Program-made: the position numbers and the translations under genes | DNA from: Glaucostegus cemiculus | Lineage: Eukaryota | Reading direction: 5' to 3' | NCBI GenBank assembly: GCA_976551045.1 | Contig: CDPCPM010000061.1 | Coordinates: 2,170,001-2,234,000, forward strand | Length of the DNA stretch: 64,000 nt | The notes under the pieces: model-generated | Told to the model about the DNA's origin: nothing | Seen by the model: the letters and a program-made list of their open reading frames with translations, nothing else | Databases searched by the model: none | Shown: one piece after another, positions 12,480 to 25,797 of the stretch | Layout: the number at the start of each line of letters is the position of its first letter | How positions within the stretch are numbered: position 1 is the first letter of the stretch

Positions 12480-12873
12480 CCTGTCGAGTCTGTTCTGCTA
12501 TCAATCACGGCTGATTTTTTTTCCTTACCCAACCCCATTCTCCTGCCTTCTCCCTGTAACCTTTAACCTCCTTTCTAATCAAGAACCTATCCATCTCTGC
12601 CTTAAACACACCCAATGACTTGGCCTCCACAGCCCTATGTGGCAATGTATTCCACAGGTTCACCACCTTCTGGCTGAAGAAATTCCTCCCTCATCACAGT
12701 TTTAAAGGGACCTCCCTTTATTCTGAGGCTATGCCCTCAGATCCTAGACTTTCCTACTAATGGAAACATCCTCTCCATGTCCACTCTTTTAGCATCCAAT
12801 AGGTTTCAGTGAGATCCCTCCCACCATCCTTATGAAGTCCATCGAGTACAGGCCCAGAGCCATCAAACGCTCC
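12480..12873 (-). mobile_element. CR1 LINE 3' fragment nested in family C LINE
   Basis: ggctgaagaaattcctcc..ctgaggctatgccc; same subfamily as 15802-16365. Confidence 0.8.
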
Positions 12874-13419
12874 TGACTTTCGAGTGGGTCACAATCCTGG
12901 AACTTCCAATGTAACAGGACTGTGGGAGTACCTTCAGCCGAAAGACTGCTGTGGTTCAAGACAGTAATTCACTAAAACTTTCATAAGGCAATTAGAGACA
13001 GACAATATACACTAGCTATGCAAGAAACACCCCGGTCCCCAAAAGTTGTCCCATTTTAGCCAAAAAAGCATAAAACAAATATAATGTGCTTAAATTTTCA
13101 TTTTGGCAGAAGTTGTAGATTTTAAAACCCATGTCATGATTCCACTTTAAGCTTGATAATCTATTTAAAAGATTAAATTATTTATGCATGTCATATATAT
13201 TACTTCTTTTTTTACACAAAATATGCATTTCAAGTGATTAGTACACAATGATAATCTTAGAAACCGATGCATCCAGCATGTTCTGATTTTAAAGAACACT
13301 TGCTTCGGATAAAAATTTAAAAACCACCATGCAGACTTTAAATTTACAAGCATCTTTTTGGTCTTTTACAAGGTCAGACATACATGAAGTATTTCATCAG
13401 CAGATATTATTTACCAATA

Positions 13420-13598
13420 ACCAACAAATCTGCTGGAGGAACCCAGTGGGTTGAGCAGCAACAGGTTGAAACCCTGCATTACGATTGTCAGAAACTGCAA
13501 CAATTCCTTTCTCCCCCACAGACGCTGCTCGACCCGCTGAGTTCCTCCAGCAGATTGTTTGTTGCTCCAGATTCCAGCATCTGCAGTCTGTGTCTCCA
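13420..13598. mobile_element. Penelope-derived palindromic mini-element
   Basis: Arms aatctgctggaggaacccagtgggttgagcagc and gctgctcgacccgctgagttcctccagcagatt are near reverse complements. Confidence 0.75.
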
Positions 13599-15604
13599 CC
13601 TTCCTTATCAACCCTCGCTATTCTATTAAAAATCAGTTGTTTATGCTCCTTTGTGATTCACTTCTTTTCCAGAATTTAAGTTAGAGACGACATTCACTTG
13701 AAGAAACTATGTACCAAAGACCCTGAATGACCATAGCATATGAGAATTTGCCTTTGCAAACAACGTACACAAATAGAGTTCCACTATCTTGGTGGCTAAA
13801 TAAAGGTGCTGTTGGCTGGAAATCTCTGAATGTCACCACCACACACTGCCCTTCCACTGAAAGGTCCACGTGAATCACACCACTCTCCATCCAATCGTTC
13901 GTCTTCCCCCAGATCACCCAAAGCTCACTCCTGGCAAACCCAAATGCAAACATCAATCTATGACAAATTTTAGTCAAGGGTCTCAATTACAATGCAAATG
14001 TTTTAAAGCTGCTACTTCTGGGTTAACAAATCCAGTTTTTGAATCTATTTTACAGCTATGACAATATCAGAATGTTTATGCTACATTGAGCTCAAGACAA
14101 TAGAAGGAACTTGTCTTTGAAAATAACACAGGTAAATCCTGAGGAGTGTTGAAGAACCTGTCGACATGCAAATAGAAAAGCAAAATGCAATGCAGTTTGC
14201 CTTCAAAAGAATGTCCTTTCTCTGGCTTGATTACTTTTCACTTATTTATTCAGCTGGCTGCATTGAGTGATACTTCTACACCTTAATGCACATTTTTCTT
14301 TTTTGTCTCATCTTGATGAGAAGCCATCCTTCAATGTTTGCCTGTGTGCAGAATATGTGCTGACAGAGCTGCAGTTCCAAGAATAAGCTTGCTCAGTAAT
14401 ACAGGTCTCTCTGAAGCTGCAGTATGCCACAAAAATGATTGTGCAGGCATGACACTGATGTGTCTGTGATTGCAAAATTATTTCATGTTGAATAAAAATC
14501 TTCCCAAACATGCCAAGTGATAACTTTCTCTTCCTTAATTACTATAATGATGGCCAAATGCAATAACAGGCTCAGAAATATCTTAATACCAACAAACTAA
14601 ACCAATCGTCCAACGTTGGCAGATAATGTATTACGGTTTGAAATCTGCCTGACTGACAATTCTTATCTGGGTTTGCAGAAGTTCTGTTTTAAAAACAATT
14701 AAATTTGGCTCTTGGTAAAACAAAGAATACTTTTAGTTTTAAGACTACGTAAAACTGTTAGCATTCATTTTATTTATACCAGAATAGAAATAGGATTTTT
14801 ATTAAATTGCTAAACACATAGGCACATTTTCTGAAAGGTAATTTATTCAAATATGAATGGTACTTTGATAGGATGTCATTAGGTGAGAGGTACCCTTATT
14901 GCCTTAAAACACTGGAAATAGGCTGATGTTATAAATAATGTTAGTTCAAAAGGGATCAATGTACTGACCATATAATGCCAATGGTAACTTGACATCCAAT
15001 TTACTGGCACCAGCCAACGAATGTTTGCACTTTAAGGATAGAAGGAATGAAATATTTCACAGACAGATGCACGTGTTCCTTCATCGCCAAGATTGTTGCC
15101 AATTCTACATGTTCCATTACACGAGACCAAACCACTGATGGTGAGAAACAGTCAACCATGGAATTCAAACATGAGCATGGACACTTGGGCTTGTTGGCAC
15201 ACAGGGTCACTGGGCACACTGAACAAGGTGCAGCATCCCGAGGAGTTTCATGGAATATCTTCAAACAGAATCTTTTCAATATAACAAATAAGGAGACACA
15301 CAGGTGGCCAAAGGTTTGGTGAAGGAGTGACTAAAAGGACAGAAGATCAAGGGAACATAAACAGTTTTCAAGGACCACAAAGGAATTTACAAGACAATTG
15401 ATCTTGGACTGCAATTTTACAGCAGAGGGTAGTGGAGGCATCAAAGACAGATGATGTGATAGAGCTGGGTATTACAAGTGAAGCCTTCTGGTTTTTTGAC
15501 ATCAGCAAGGGGAAGAATGTAAATGATGAACCCTTAGAAACAGAGCAATGAGGTGAAGACAGAACAGAAACCATCACTGTACTTGCACTTTTGGCTCAAT
15601 TGTT

Positions 15605-16560
15605 GAATTCTTCCCTCTCAGCTAGTTTGTGGGTACAAGTCTCACTTCAGAAGTTTTTGCACATAATGGACATATCATTGACTATCTGACTGAGTGCGCC
15701 AATGTCAAAGGTACTAATCATAAATAGTAGCTTTGTCTACTGTGTGATGGAATGCAAATGATACCAACATAATCTTGAAGGACACTGGGGGAGGTTGTAA
15801 GCCATAAGATTAGAGGAGCAGAATTAGGCTATTCGGCCCATCAAGTCTGCTCCACCATTCAATCACGGGCGATTTTTATTTCTCAAACCCATTCTCCTGC
15901 CTTGTCCTTATAACCCACAACCCCTTTTACCAGTCAAGAACCTATCAATTGCCGCCTTAAATGCACCCAATGACTTGGCCTCCACAGCCGTCCGTGGCAA
16001 CGAATTCCACAGATTCACCGCCCTCTGGCTGAAGAAATTCCTCCTCATCTCAGTTCTAAAGGGAAGTCTGAGGCTGTGTCCTCAGATCCTGGACTCTCCT
16101 ACTGATGGGAAACATCCTCTCCACGTCCACTCTATCCAGGCCTTTCAGCATCTGGTAGGTTTCAATGAGATCCTCCCTCATCCTTCTGAACTTCATCGAG
16201 TACAAGCCCAGAGACATTAAATGCTCCTCATATGTTAAGCCTTTCATTCCCGGGATCATTTCTCTGAACTGCTTCTGGACCTTCTTCAGAGCCAGCATAT
16301 CTTTCCTTAGATACAGGGCCCAAAATTGTTCAGTGTTCCAAATGTGATCCCAATGATTGAACCAATATCTAAAGGCAGACACACACCAGAAATATCCAGA
16401 TCACAGGTTCAATTTCTGAATGCTCTTTATAGGATGTTGGCCTGTAAAAGTTTCCTAAACTTAGTGAAGAGACCTCGAGAAGCACTCCATTGAGCATTCA
16501 GTGCATTGGCGCACCATGTGATCATGAAAGGTGCCACGTAAATTCTAATTCTTTCTTTGT
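15605..16560 (+). mobile_element. Old DeuSINE (SacSINE1/AmnSINE-like) remnant split by a CR1 insertion
   Basis: Head-like gtgggtacaagtctcacttcaga near 15630 and L2-type tail tgaaaggtgccacgtaaattctaattctttc near 16530; highly diverged. Confidence 0.4.
15802..16365 (-). mobile_element. CR1 LINE 3' fragment
   Basis: ORF remnant QFWALYLRKDMLALKKVQ..MIPGMKGLTYEE..EDLIETYQMLKGLDRVDVERMFP plus 3'UTR. Confidence 0.85.
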
Positions 16561-16859
16561 GTTCCCTTGTAAAGAGTAATCTTTTTTTATTTGGTTTAAG
16601 GAAAGTAAACAACAACCACATATCATTGACTACTAAACCACCCTGTCAGAAATGACACAGTATTTCATTGTCTGTAAAGGAGATTTGGGGTATGCCAAAC
16701 TCCAAAAACAGCTCATAGAAAGGCACGTCTTCACCTTTATGTAATGTTTTGCTCATTAAGATGCACCTTTGTGCAGGATTTTGATGTGCGTGGTACAAAT
16801 CACAAAGAAGATGATATGTAACAGACACCTATTCAACAATTTTGTATTTACTTAACTCT

Positions 16860-17330
16860 TCCAACTCAGCAAAATGCCACAGGACTTTCCCCAGGAACAG
16901 CATTGAACAAAACTTGACATCAAGACATGAGAGATTATATTAGGGGCTTTGAGCAATAGCTTGAACGATGAGACACTGAAGAAACACCTTTAAGAAAATG
17001 AACTGGAGGTGCAGGCAATTTGGGAATTCCAATATTCAGGGTCCAGGCAACTGAAGAAGGTACAACTGACTACCGTCAGGCAACTGAAGAAGGTACAACT
17101 GACTACCGTCAGGCAGAAGTAGAGGAATGCAGATATCTGACGGTTGTGAGTACGAAGGAGATTGCAGAGGCAGAGAAAGACAAATCCATGGAAGGGTTTG
17201 AAAACAAAGGTGGGAATTAAAAGAAAAATAATGACTAGGAGCCAATATAGGTCAGTGTGTATACTGGAGCTGGATAAATGGCAGATGGCAGGGACTCGTG
17301 TTTGATAACCTCATGTAAGCAGAGTAGAAG
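16860..17330 (-). mobile_element. L2-type LINE 3' remnant, old
   Basis: gggaattcca..caggcaactgaag..ccatggaagggtttgaaaacaa..gagccaatataggtcag pattern. Confidence 0.5.
17044..17115. repeat. Perfect 33-bp tandem duplication (about 2.2 copies)
   Basis: caggcaactgaagaaggtacaactgactaccgt twice, then caggca. Confidence 0.95.
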
Positions 17331-17887
17331 GTGAGGGAGCAGGCAAGGACTGCACAGGGAGTAACGATCAAAGTTAAAGCCAGTAAAAGCTGGATTGGAT
17401 TTGTCCTGCTTTTTGTGGTAAGGACAGAGCCGGGCAATTTTCCGCATTCATGGGTTGATGCCAGTGTCGGAACTGGAACCGGAACAGCTTGCATTGAGGT
17501 GCACCTTGTTCTGGGTTGAGGTCTTCAGTACCTCAGCTGTGATATTGTCTGTTCTCACAGTCTTTGCCACATCCAATCCTCAGCTGTTTCCTGAAGGCCA
17601 AAAAACTGTTGGGTTTGATGAACCAATGGCTCCAATTCCAGGTCGGGAAACAGTCACGTGACTGTCCAATTGAACTTCAATCCAATGTGATCCTGTAATT
17701 TTATGTCTACACCACCACCAACAAGTGGAATATCTTTAACTTCTGTTCAATATTTCATACAATTCTAATTAAATAACAAAACCTTCAGTAACCTGTAATG
17801 GACAGGTGAATCAGATGGAGGTGCAGACTCAGAGTTTTAGGAAGACAATTATGAGTTGCTACAGCGTGTTGTAAGTTATACTTGTCT

Positions 17888-18138
17888 TTTTTTTAAATTT
17901 TATTTACAGCGTGGTAACGGGCCCTTTCGGTCCAACGAGTCCGCACCACCCATTTTAAACCCCCAAATTAACCTACCCGTACATCTTTTTTAGAATGTGG
18001 GAGGAAACCAGAGCACCCGGAGGAAACCCACGCAGACACGGGAGAACGTACAAACTCCTTACAGTCAGCGACGGGAATCGAACCCCGATCGCTGACACTG
18101 TAACAGCGTCGCGCTAACCGCTACGCTATCGTGCCACC
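17888..18138 (-). mobile_element. Young V-SINE with CR1-type tail
   Basis: CpG-rich intact tRNA head (gggaatcgaaccccgatcgctg..gctaaccgctacgcta) and V core; near-identical to 39231-39481. Confidence 0.85.
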
Positions 18139-18159
18139 CATCTTGCCTCCTATTAAATA

Positions 18160-19168
18160 GAGGGTGGTGATATAATAGTAGAATTACTGGACCAGCAGAC
18201 ATGTTTAAAACCTAGCACAGTGGCAGAGATACTTATTGGTAAATTGATTCATTATTTTCACATGTACAGTGAAAAGCTTTGTTTTGCAAACCATCCATAC
18301 AGATCATTTCATTACAACCGTGCATTGAGGTGGTGGAAGGGAAAACAATAACAGAAAGTAGAATAAAGTGTTACCATTACAGAGAAGGTGCAGTGCAGAC
18401 AGACAATGATGTACATGGCCATAATGATGTAGATTGAGAGGTCAATCCATTTTATCGTACTTGAGGACTGTTCAACAGTCTTAGAACAGCAGGATAGAAG
18501 CTGTCCTCGAGGCTGGTGGTACGTGCTTTCAGGCTTTTGTATCTTCTGCCTGGTGGGGGGGGGGGAGAATGGAGAATGCCTGTGGTGAGAAGGGTCTTTG
18601 ATGATGTTGGCTTCTTTCCCAAGGCAGCGAGGAGTGGAGAGAGTCCATGGAGGGGAGGTTGGTTTTTCGTGATGTGCTGATCTGTGTCCACAACTCTCTG
18701 CAGTTTCTTGCGGTCTTGGGAAGAGCAGTTGCCGTACCAAGCTGTGATGCATCTGGATAGGATGCTTTCTCTAGTGCATTGATAAAACTAAGTAACATTT
18801 AAGTGACTAAATAGATGTGGATTTTTTTAATATAAAAAACTCTTCTCAGTAATATTTACCATAAAACTAGCATATTCTTGTGAAAACCCATCTGGTTCCC
18901 TTATGTCCTCTGTGGAGGGTTGAGTAAATACCACTTGACAGAATCTTTGACCACACACTCCTGTTTTGTAGACTTCACTTCTTTGATGATTGAGAATCGA
19001 CTGGTTGGGTGCAATGAGCTGGGCTGCACATGACCCGCTCTCTGCCTGATGTTATTCCAGACTCTCCAACACTCTTGATTCTCAACTGCCTCCTTAGTTC
19101 AAGGGCAATTAGGGATGGACAATAAATGTATGCATTACCAATGATGTCACACCATGTAATGAAATAAA
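18160..19168 (+). mobile_element. tRNA-headed SINE with family C LINE tail, split by a Rex1-like insertion
   Basis: Head 18160-18232, body gtgaaaacccatctggttcccttatgtcc, tail agttcaagggcaattagggatggacaataaatg. Confidence 0.6.
18235..18787 (-). mobile_element. Rex1/Babar-like 3' fragment
   Basis: Frameshifted remnants CLGKEANIIKDPSH and GRRYKSLKARTTSLEDSFYP plus 3'UTR. Confidence 0.8.
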
Positions 19169-19169
19169 C

Positions 19170-20060
19170 AGAATGCATCTATAACTACTTGCTTCAACCT
19201 CTTGCTGTGGTAGCAGATTCCAGATTCTAACCATTTGTTGGGGAAAGAAGTATCTTCCAAATTCTGTTAAATTTCTCAATTACATTGATGGCCTCCAGTT
19301 ATGGTCTTCTCCACAAATGGAAATTGTTCTCTCTGCATTCACCCAACCAAAACCATTCACAACTTTGAAGACTCCTATTAGGTCACTCGCTAGCCACCTT
19401 TTCTCAAGAGACCCAATCTGCTCTTCCTTGCATTTCTGATATCATTCCAGAAATACTTCTCTGCACCCTCTCCAATGCCTCCACTTTCTCTGCATAATAT
19501 GGCCACCACAATTGTTTGTAGTCCTCCAGGTATAAGATAACCAAAGTCAATGTAGGTTAGGTACCTCGTTTCAATTTAGAAATAATCTCCTTTATTTAGA
19601 TTTTTTATATATATACACACACATCAGCCTTACGAACTTGTGGTACTAGATGTAGGAACCATTGTATTTGCATTCAAAGACTCCTGGCTTCGCTACCCCA
19701 CCTCGATTTCATAACATGATCTCTCTATTCTTCCTACCAAAATGTATCACTTGCCTTATCTGTGTTGAAATTCCATTTACCAATTTTCCTTTTCAGCAAA
19801 TATACTAATGTCCTCCTGTAATCTGTTGCAGTCCTTCTAAGCATTTACTGTTCTCACAACCTGGTATCTGCAAATTTAGAAATTACTTTTAACTCCAGAG
19901 TGTAAATCATTAATGCAAGTTGTGAACAGCACTGGTCCCAGCATTGATTCTAGAGGAACACCACTGCCAATCTTCTTCCATTGCAACCAGCTACTCTCAT
20001 TGTCTGCTTCGTCGTGAGACCAGCCAGCAACTCATTCTTCTACATGCCCCTGACCTTATT
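19170..20060 (-). mobile_element. Old CR1 LINE remnant
   Basis: cttctctgcaccctctccaatgcc, gtgttgaaattccatttacc and gtgaacagcactggtcccagcattgat RT-region motifs. Confidence 0.65.
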
Positions 20061-20597
20061 CATTAACCTTTTTGCTTTCTCGTATGTACACAGAAAATAC
20101 ACCTACTAAACATGTCTTTTTTCTCCAGCATATTGGCATATCTGACTATATAATTTGCACTGCATATATTTAATCCTCAATTATGCTCATGATCACATCA
20201 TCTTTAGTCAACTGGTTAATCACTCACCTCAACATAATAAACACACGGTTTGCACTGTGCATGTACTTCATATTACTCTCTTAAAAATAAAAGCACCCAC
20301 TGGAAATTTTTTCCATGCTGAAATAAAACTACAAAGAGGGGTTTTTTGCAATTTGAACACAGAAACAGAAATTAACTCAGTGGCAGTTTGCATTAAAGCT
20401 CTCCATAAACTTGAAAGATTGTTCACTCAATATAAATCATTTCATTTCTTAATGTTACATTTGAATAGACCTGTAACACCAGAATAACAAGTTAAGCCAG
20501 GACACAAACTCCATTAATCATCTGCAAACATCACAGAAAGTATTCAGAGAACGTAGGAGACTACCTGGCCTTGTAGGAATTGTAATGTGGTCACCTT

Positions 20598-20710
20598 AAT
20601 GAGGAGGAGGATAAGAGGGGACTTGATAGAGGTGTATAAGATATTGAGAGGAATAGGTAGAGTTGACAGCCAGCGCCTCTTCCCCAGAGCACAGATGCAC
20701 AAGATGAGGT
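20598..20710 (+). mobile_element. Short internal CR1 fragment
   Basis: RRRIRGDLIEVYKILRGIGRVDSQRLFPRAQMHK; near-identical to 21323-21432. Confidence 0.8.
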
Positions 20711-20789
20711 GTAATGGCACCACTTTTGCTATTGCCAAGCACGGTTACTGGCTTGAAAATAAATAGTACTGTGATATTGCATTACCATT

Positions 20790-21245
20790 GGATCCACTTA
20801 TACGCCATCAGATTTCTGAACAGTCCACAAACAGTACCTCATTATTCCCCTTTTGCACTTATTTTGTAACTTATAGTAATTTTTATGTCTTTATCTCCCT
20901 CATCCCTCCCGCCAACACCAAAGGATGCTAGGCGTACAGAAATGCACCAGCACTTTAAATGTCCGTTGTCTGCTGCTTCAGTACGCTCACCTTAAGATTG
21001 TTTATTCGAGTCGCTATTTAATTTTGTGGTTCCAATGTTTTTAATATCTTTCTGTCTTTGTGCCTCTCATTGTTTTTTTTAATGTGACAAGCAACTTGAT
21101 CTGTGGAGTACAGTATTTCGCTCCTACGCATACTGAATGTGTATATAGTAGTGACAATAAAACTGATTCTGATTGCACTGTATTACTGTTGCAAAACAAC
21201 AAATTTCACGACATACGTTAGTGATAATAAACCGATTCTGATTCA
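20790..21245 (+). mobile_element. Two nested Rex1/Babar-like 3'UTRs
   Basis: Segment 20893-21173 matches the UTR at about 60985-61284 and sits inside a UTR like 53355-53463; both end in GATTCT repeats. Confidence 0.65.
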
Positions 21246-21289
21246 TTGCTGTAGGAAAAAATATGGTTTAGAATCTTGTCATTTTTTTG

Positions 21290-21698
21290 GAGGCTTAAGG
21301 TGCTAGGGCTTTACTCGTTGGAGAGGAGGAGGATTAGAGGAGACTTGATAGAGGTGCATAAGATATTGAGAGGAATAGATAGAGTTGACAGCCAGCGCCT
21401 CTTTCCCAGAGCGCAGATGCACAAGACGAGAGGGCATGGCTTTAAGATATTGGGTGGAAAGTTTAGGGGAGATGTCAGAGGGAAGTTTTTCACCCAGAGA
21501 GTGGTTGGCGCATGGAATGCGCTGCCTGGGGTAGTGGTAGAGGCAGATACGTTGGACAGGTTCAAGAGATTGTTAGATAGGCACATGGAAGAATGTGGAA
21601 TAGTAGGATATGTGGGAGGAAAGAGTTAGGTTGTGTGACGTTTGACGGACGGCACAACTTGGGCCTGTTTTGTGCTGTATTGTTCTATGGTTCTATGG
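21290..21698 (+). mobile_element. CR1 LINE 3' end, young
   Basis: LGLYSLERRRIRGDLIEVHKIL..TRGHGFK..FFTQRVVGAWNALP; tail tgttctatggttctatgg. Confidence 0.9.
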
Positions 21699-22393
21699 TA
21701 ATTCAGGTTCTGTTACTTGAAGGAAAAGGCCTAATTTTACTTAGAGTTGCCAAGCTTTTGAAAATGTGCGAGGTGCCATGCAAAAGGTTATGTCAGCTGC
21801 TCCATGACTGCAGTGGAACACAGCTCGAAGGCATTCAGCCTGGGATGCAAACGACTTGCATTTATGTGGCATTTTTAACGTGCCAAAATGCTTTCAGGTG
21901 CTCAACAAGAACATTAGCTTTGGAGTTGAGGGAGGATTGGATTCAGGGTGGCATTACAAAGCTGGAAGGATGGAGCCTTGGTGATGGAGTGAGCATGTGG
22001 TCAGAAGCTCAACATCAACCCTAGCACCAACATCAGTGAAAGGTGTTGCTAAACATCAGGCAGTAATTGCAGATGGAAGCATTAGTCAAGGAATGGAGTG
22101 TGTGGCAAGGACAGGGAAAAAAGGCCCCAGTCGACAGTTGGAGTTTATGCCCATCTACCATTGGATGTTGGACCAACAATTTTGCAAATGAGAATGGAAG
22201 GGTCAACAAAGGTGGTGAGATAGAGCTGAGCATTATCACCATGCATGAAGAGCTGGATGTTTTTGGGTGATAATATCTGGCGGCTGAACACAGATGGGAA
22301 GCAAAATGGGAACAAGGATAGATCTTTGGGATGGGGGGGGTGTCACCAGAGATGTTGGTGTGGGAGCAGGAAGAGCAGAGCAGCCACTGCATG

Positions 22394-22530
22394 TGGAGAC
22401 ACAGGAGACTGAAGATGCCGGAATCTGGAGCAACAAACAAGCTGCTGGAGGAACTCAGCGAATTGAGAGGGATCGGTGGGGCAGAAAGGAATTGTCAGCG
22501 TTTTGGGTCAGAACCCTGCATCGAGACCCT
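22394..22530 (-). mobile_element. Penelope-derived terminal arm
   Basis: gatgccggaatctggagcaacaaacaagctgctggaggaactcagc.. with a decayed hammerhead-like segment at about 22495-22530. Confidence 0.7.
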
Positions 22531-22549
22531 TGCGTATGATTTTATGGAC

Positions 22550-23035
22550 AGGGCAAGTGCAGTTCAGCCACCTGACTTGGTCCCATTATCCTGCATTTGG
22601 ACCACATCCCCATAAACCTTTCTTTTCCGAGCACCTGAATGGCTTTTAAACATTACAATTGCACCCACTGCTCCCACTCCCTCTGGCAGCTCGTTCCATA
22701 CGCCCACTACCTTCTGTTTGTAGAAGGGATCTGAAGTGCAGCTTTCAAGTCTCAGATACCTTTGAGACTCCTCTATCCTAGGAAAAAAGACTGACCATTC
22801 ACCTTATCAAAGCCTCTAACGATTTTATAAATCTCTATAAGTGTCATCCCTCAACCTCCTCCGGTCAAAAGGAAAAAAAGTCCTCCTCAAACTCAAGGCC
22901 TCCAGTCCCCGTAACAACCTTGTGAATCTTGCCCGCACCCTTTCCAGCTTAGGGACTTCCTTCTGATATCCAGGCGACCGAAGCTGCACACAATATTGCA
23001 AGTGCAGTCTCATCAATGGCTCGTACAGCTGCAAG
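22550..23035 (-). mobile_element. CR1 LINE 3' fragment
   Basis: LYEPLMRLHLQYCVQLRSPGYQKEVPKLERVRARFTRLL remnant. Confidence 0.75.
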
Positions 23036-24185
23036 TTCACTTACAAGTGTGTAAGTTCACATGTACTATAAGTGCAATTTGCCACTTCAGGCATTAAGCT
23101 ACAAGTCATGACACTGACACTTGTTTCAAAAGATCATTGTTTGCTCTTCCAGTTTTTCTTGTTTTCTCTACGTCTTTTAAGGCCCAAACAGAATTACCAA
23201 TTTATTAATCAAAATAAATCCAAACAATGCTGGAATTATACAACAGATCTGGCATAAGAACACATGGCTACTGAGATTAAATGGGTTTTAGCTGATGTTA
23301 AGTTGTACAAATAGTATTACATATGGAAAATACTTCCTGCAAATGTCACATTACATTTTGTTGACAAAATTTCTGTAATTCTGCATTTCCCCTTGTTCAT
23401 TGTGTAAGGTGCCAAGATCTGCACTTATGAATTGTAATGTTCTGTAAAATTGCCCAATGGCAGCATAAAACAATTACCAAGCACTAGAAGTTAAAGATAT
23501 TCCATGCAATTTAGAAACACAATTACACAAGCAGCAAAGTAAAATGAGATTAGTGTAAATGGGTATCTGATGTTCGGTTTAGACTTGGTGGGACCAAGGG
23601 CCTGTTTCCACGCTGCGTGACTTATTGACTTGGAATAATACGAACAGAAAGTGAATCTCTAAATCCACATAACTTAGAAAATATTTGAGAGGAGATTTTG
23701 TACTCTCATTAAATTCTGGCTTACAAACCACTCCTCCAAACAACACATCAAGCACACTTCAAAGTTCTGATTTTTGATATAACCAATTTAAAATAAATTG
23801 TTTTTAGTTCATGTATGTGAGCCAGAATAAGAGTAACATTAAGCCAAACCATTGAATTAGTAGTCTAAAATAACTTAAAATACAATATATTAAATCTCTA
23901 TACATAAAAGTATATGTATAGACTTTTATCTCTACAAAAGAAATTTATCTCTACAAAAAATGGAATTAGATTTTGAAATATTGAAGACACTAAGTCAGCA
24001 GCTGATAACGGAACTGAATACAGCTCTTAACACAATTAGTATCTCATGAATGACTCCGACCAAATCATCTCCTCTCTACATTGTTTCACCCTGTTAAACA
24101 GGGCTTAAGGACATTAGAAGGAGTACCAACACGTCCCATCATACTTTGATAGTAAAAACTCACCCTTTAAACTAGACTTTCCACT

Positions 24186-24224
24186 GATGTTTATAACACT
24201 GTGGATGTTTATAACACTGTGGAT
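24186..24224. repeat. Perfect 18-bp tandem duplication
   Basis: gatgtttataacactgtg twice, then gat. Confidence 0.9.
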
Positions 24225-25619
24225 AGTTGATTTAGTCCTTCTGTTTCTGTGTGTTTGAAATCAAAAGCAGCCTGTGACAATTAACAAAGCAGTCATAAAA
24301 ATCAACAGAATGAATATGCAATATTTTTTGGAATTTTTCAAAAACCATTAAATGCCAGTCCAAACTAACCCTCCTCCTTGAACCTCGTCACATTTCATAG
24401 TTCGATAAATAAATCACTGATAGTACCACAAGATGAAAAGTTGAAATCTTTTAATATCTTCATCAATACAGCAGTTTGTTTTAAACTTTTCACCACATAT
24501 AACCACATATTATTTCATTCACTTACATTTTCAATAAAAAAATAAACAGCAATATTTTTGTCAGTGTAAGCCCATGAGGTGCATTTTTATTTTCCAAATA
24601 TATTCCATATGTCAGCTAGCTTGATACCTCAAGTGACAAAGTACATGTTATATACTCAAAATGTCCCTTTAGCTTTCCTTTCCTTTTTGCCTCAAACTTA
24701 CCAGCAACTTAGCTCTCCACTTCTGCATGGGAACCTGACATACTTTAATCCCTTAAGTGGTATGCTTTGTGTTTGAATGAAATTAAATCTAATGTTTTGG
24801 CTATGGTTTGATGATTTATAATTATCTATCTGATGGAATTTGAAACTGCACAAGACCCATTCTAATATTACCAGACAGAGATTCATCAGAAAGTGCAGAG
24901 TTTGAAGCTGGTGTTGCGATGTTTCACAAATGTGTTAGCTGCAAGGTGATTTTCAGGTCAATGCTGTAATAACATTTCACAGTATTCTGAAACCATATTA
25001 ACTTAGGACTATCTTTGCAACTTCAGAGTAAATATAAATTACCATTAACTACATATGCAAAATGTATCTGCCTCTTTATATATATTTTCTTTTTACACTA
25101 ATCAAAAATAAAGTGCATCATCTAATGTATTCCTGCTTTAACAAAGTTTACAATGTCAAAATCAGATTAAGTATATTTGCATACCATTTATCCTAATAGT
25201 TGGGAAACATCCAATTCAAATAACTGAAAGTAAATTATTAGCCTGCTGTACTGCATTAAGCAACTTTCGTTCAGCATGGAATGGGTACACAGTGGAATAA
25301 TTACATACATAGAATATTCTGGGAAAAATGTCATCCCAGTATATTTGGAAAACAGTTCAGATAAATGGCTTCAGACATCATTTAAGTTACTGCAAGATAC
25401 AATCAAAAGATGAAATGGAAGTTAGACAATGCATATATCAAACAAATCTCCCACACATATTATTACAATTTTTAACAGCAGAGCAATGAAGAAAAAAAAA
25501 GATTTTTCCTTGTGTATAAAAGGAACTGGTCTACAATCCATGCAATGTATTTATATTCAATTTAGTCATTCAGTTAAAATCCTCTAGTTTCATCATAATA
25601 AAGTTACTTTCACTGGAAC

Positions 25620-25742
25620 TCAAAAAAATGCAGATGCTGGAAACCCGAAATAAAAACAGAAAATGGTGGAAACACTCAACAGGTCAGGCAGCATCTGACC
25701 TGCTGAGCGAGGTGATGCCTTTCCAGCATTATTCTTTTCAGT
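25620..25742. mobile_element. Penelope-derived collapsed palindrome
   Basis: gcagatgctggaaa..ctcaacaggtcag-gcagcat-ctgacctgctgag..ttccagcatt. Confidence 0.7.
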
Positions 25743-25797
25743 GCAACTTGTTTGACAGAGAATAAAAATCAACCCTTATCCACAAATTGAGAAATGG

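Larger units (their letters stand above)
10897..13040 (+). mobile_element. CR1-group LINE (family C) 3' portion, host of nested insertions
   Basis: Colinear pieces 10897-11054 (CQTMTI..KRESNH..WTSHINTVAAR), 12116-12478 (VMEYSPPAW) and 12874-13040 (3' end ggcaattagagacagacaat). Confidence 0.7.

Noticed and set aside
17044-17115. CRISPR-like direct repeats
   Set aside because: Head-to-tail duplication without spacers, in vertebrate DNA
17888-18138. tRNA gene
   Set aside because: The A/B-box head continues into a SINE core and LINE tail, and the sequence is multi-copy
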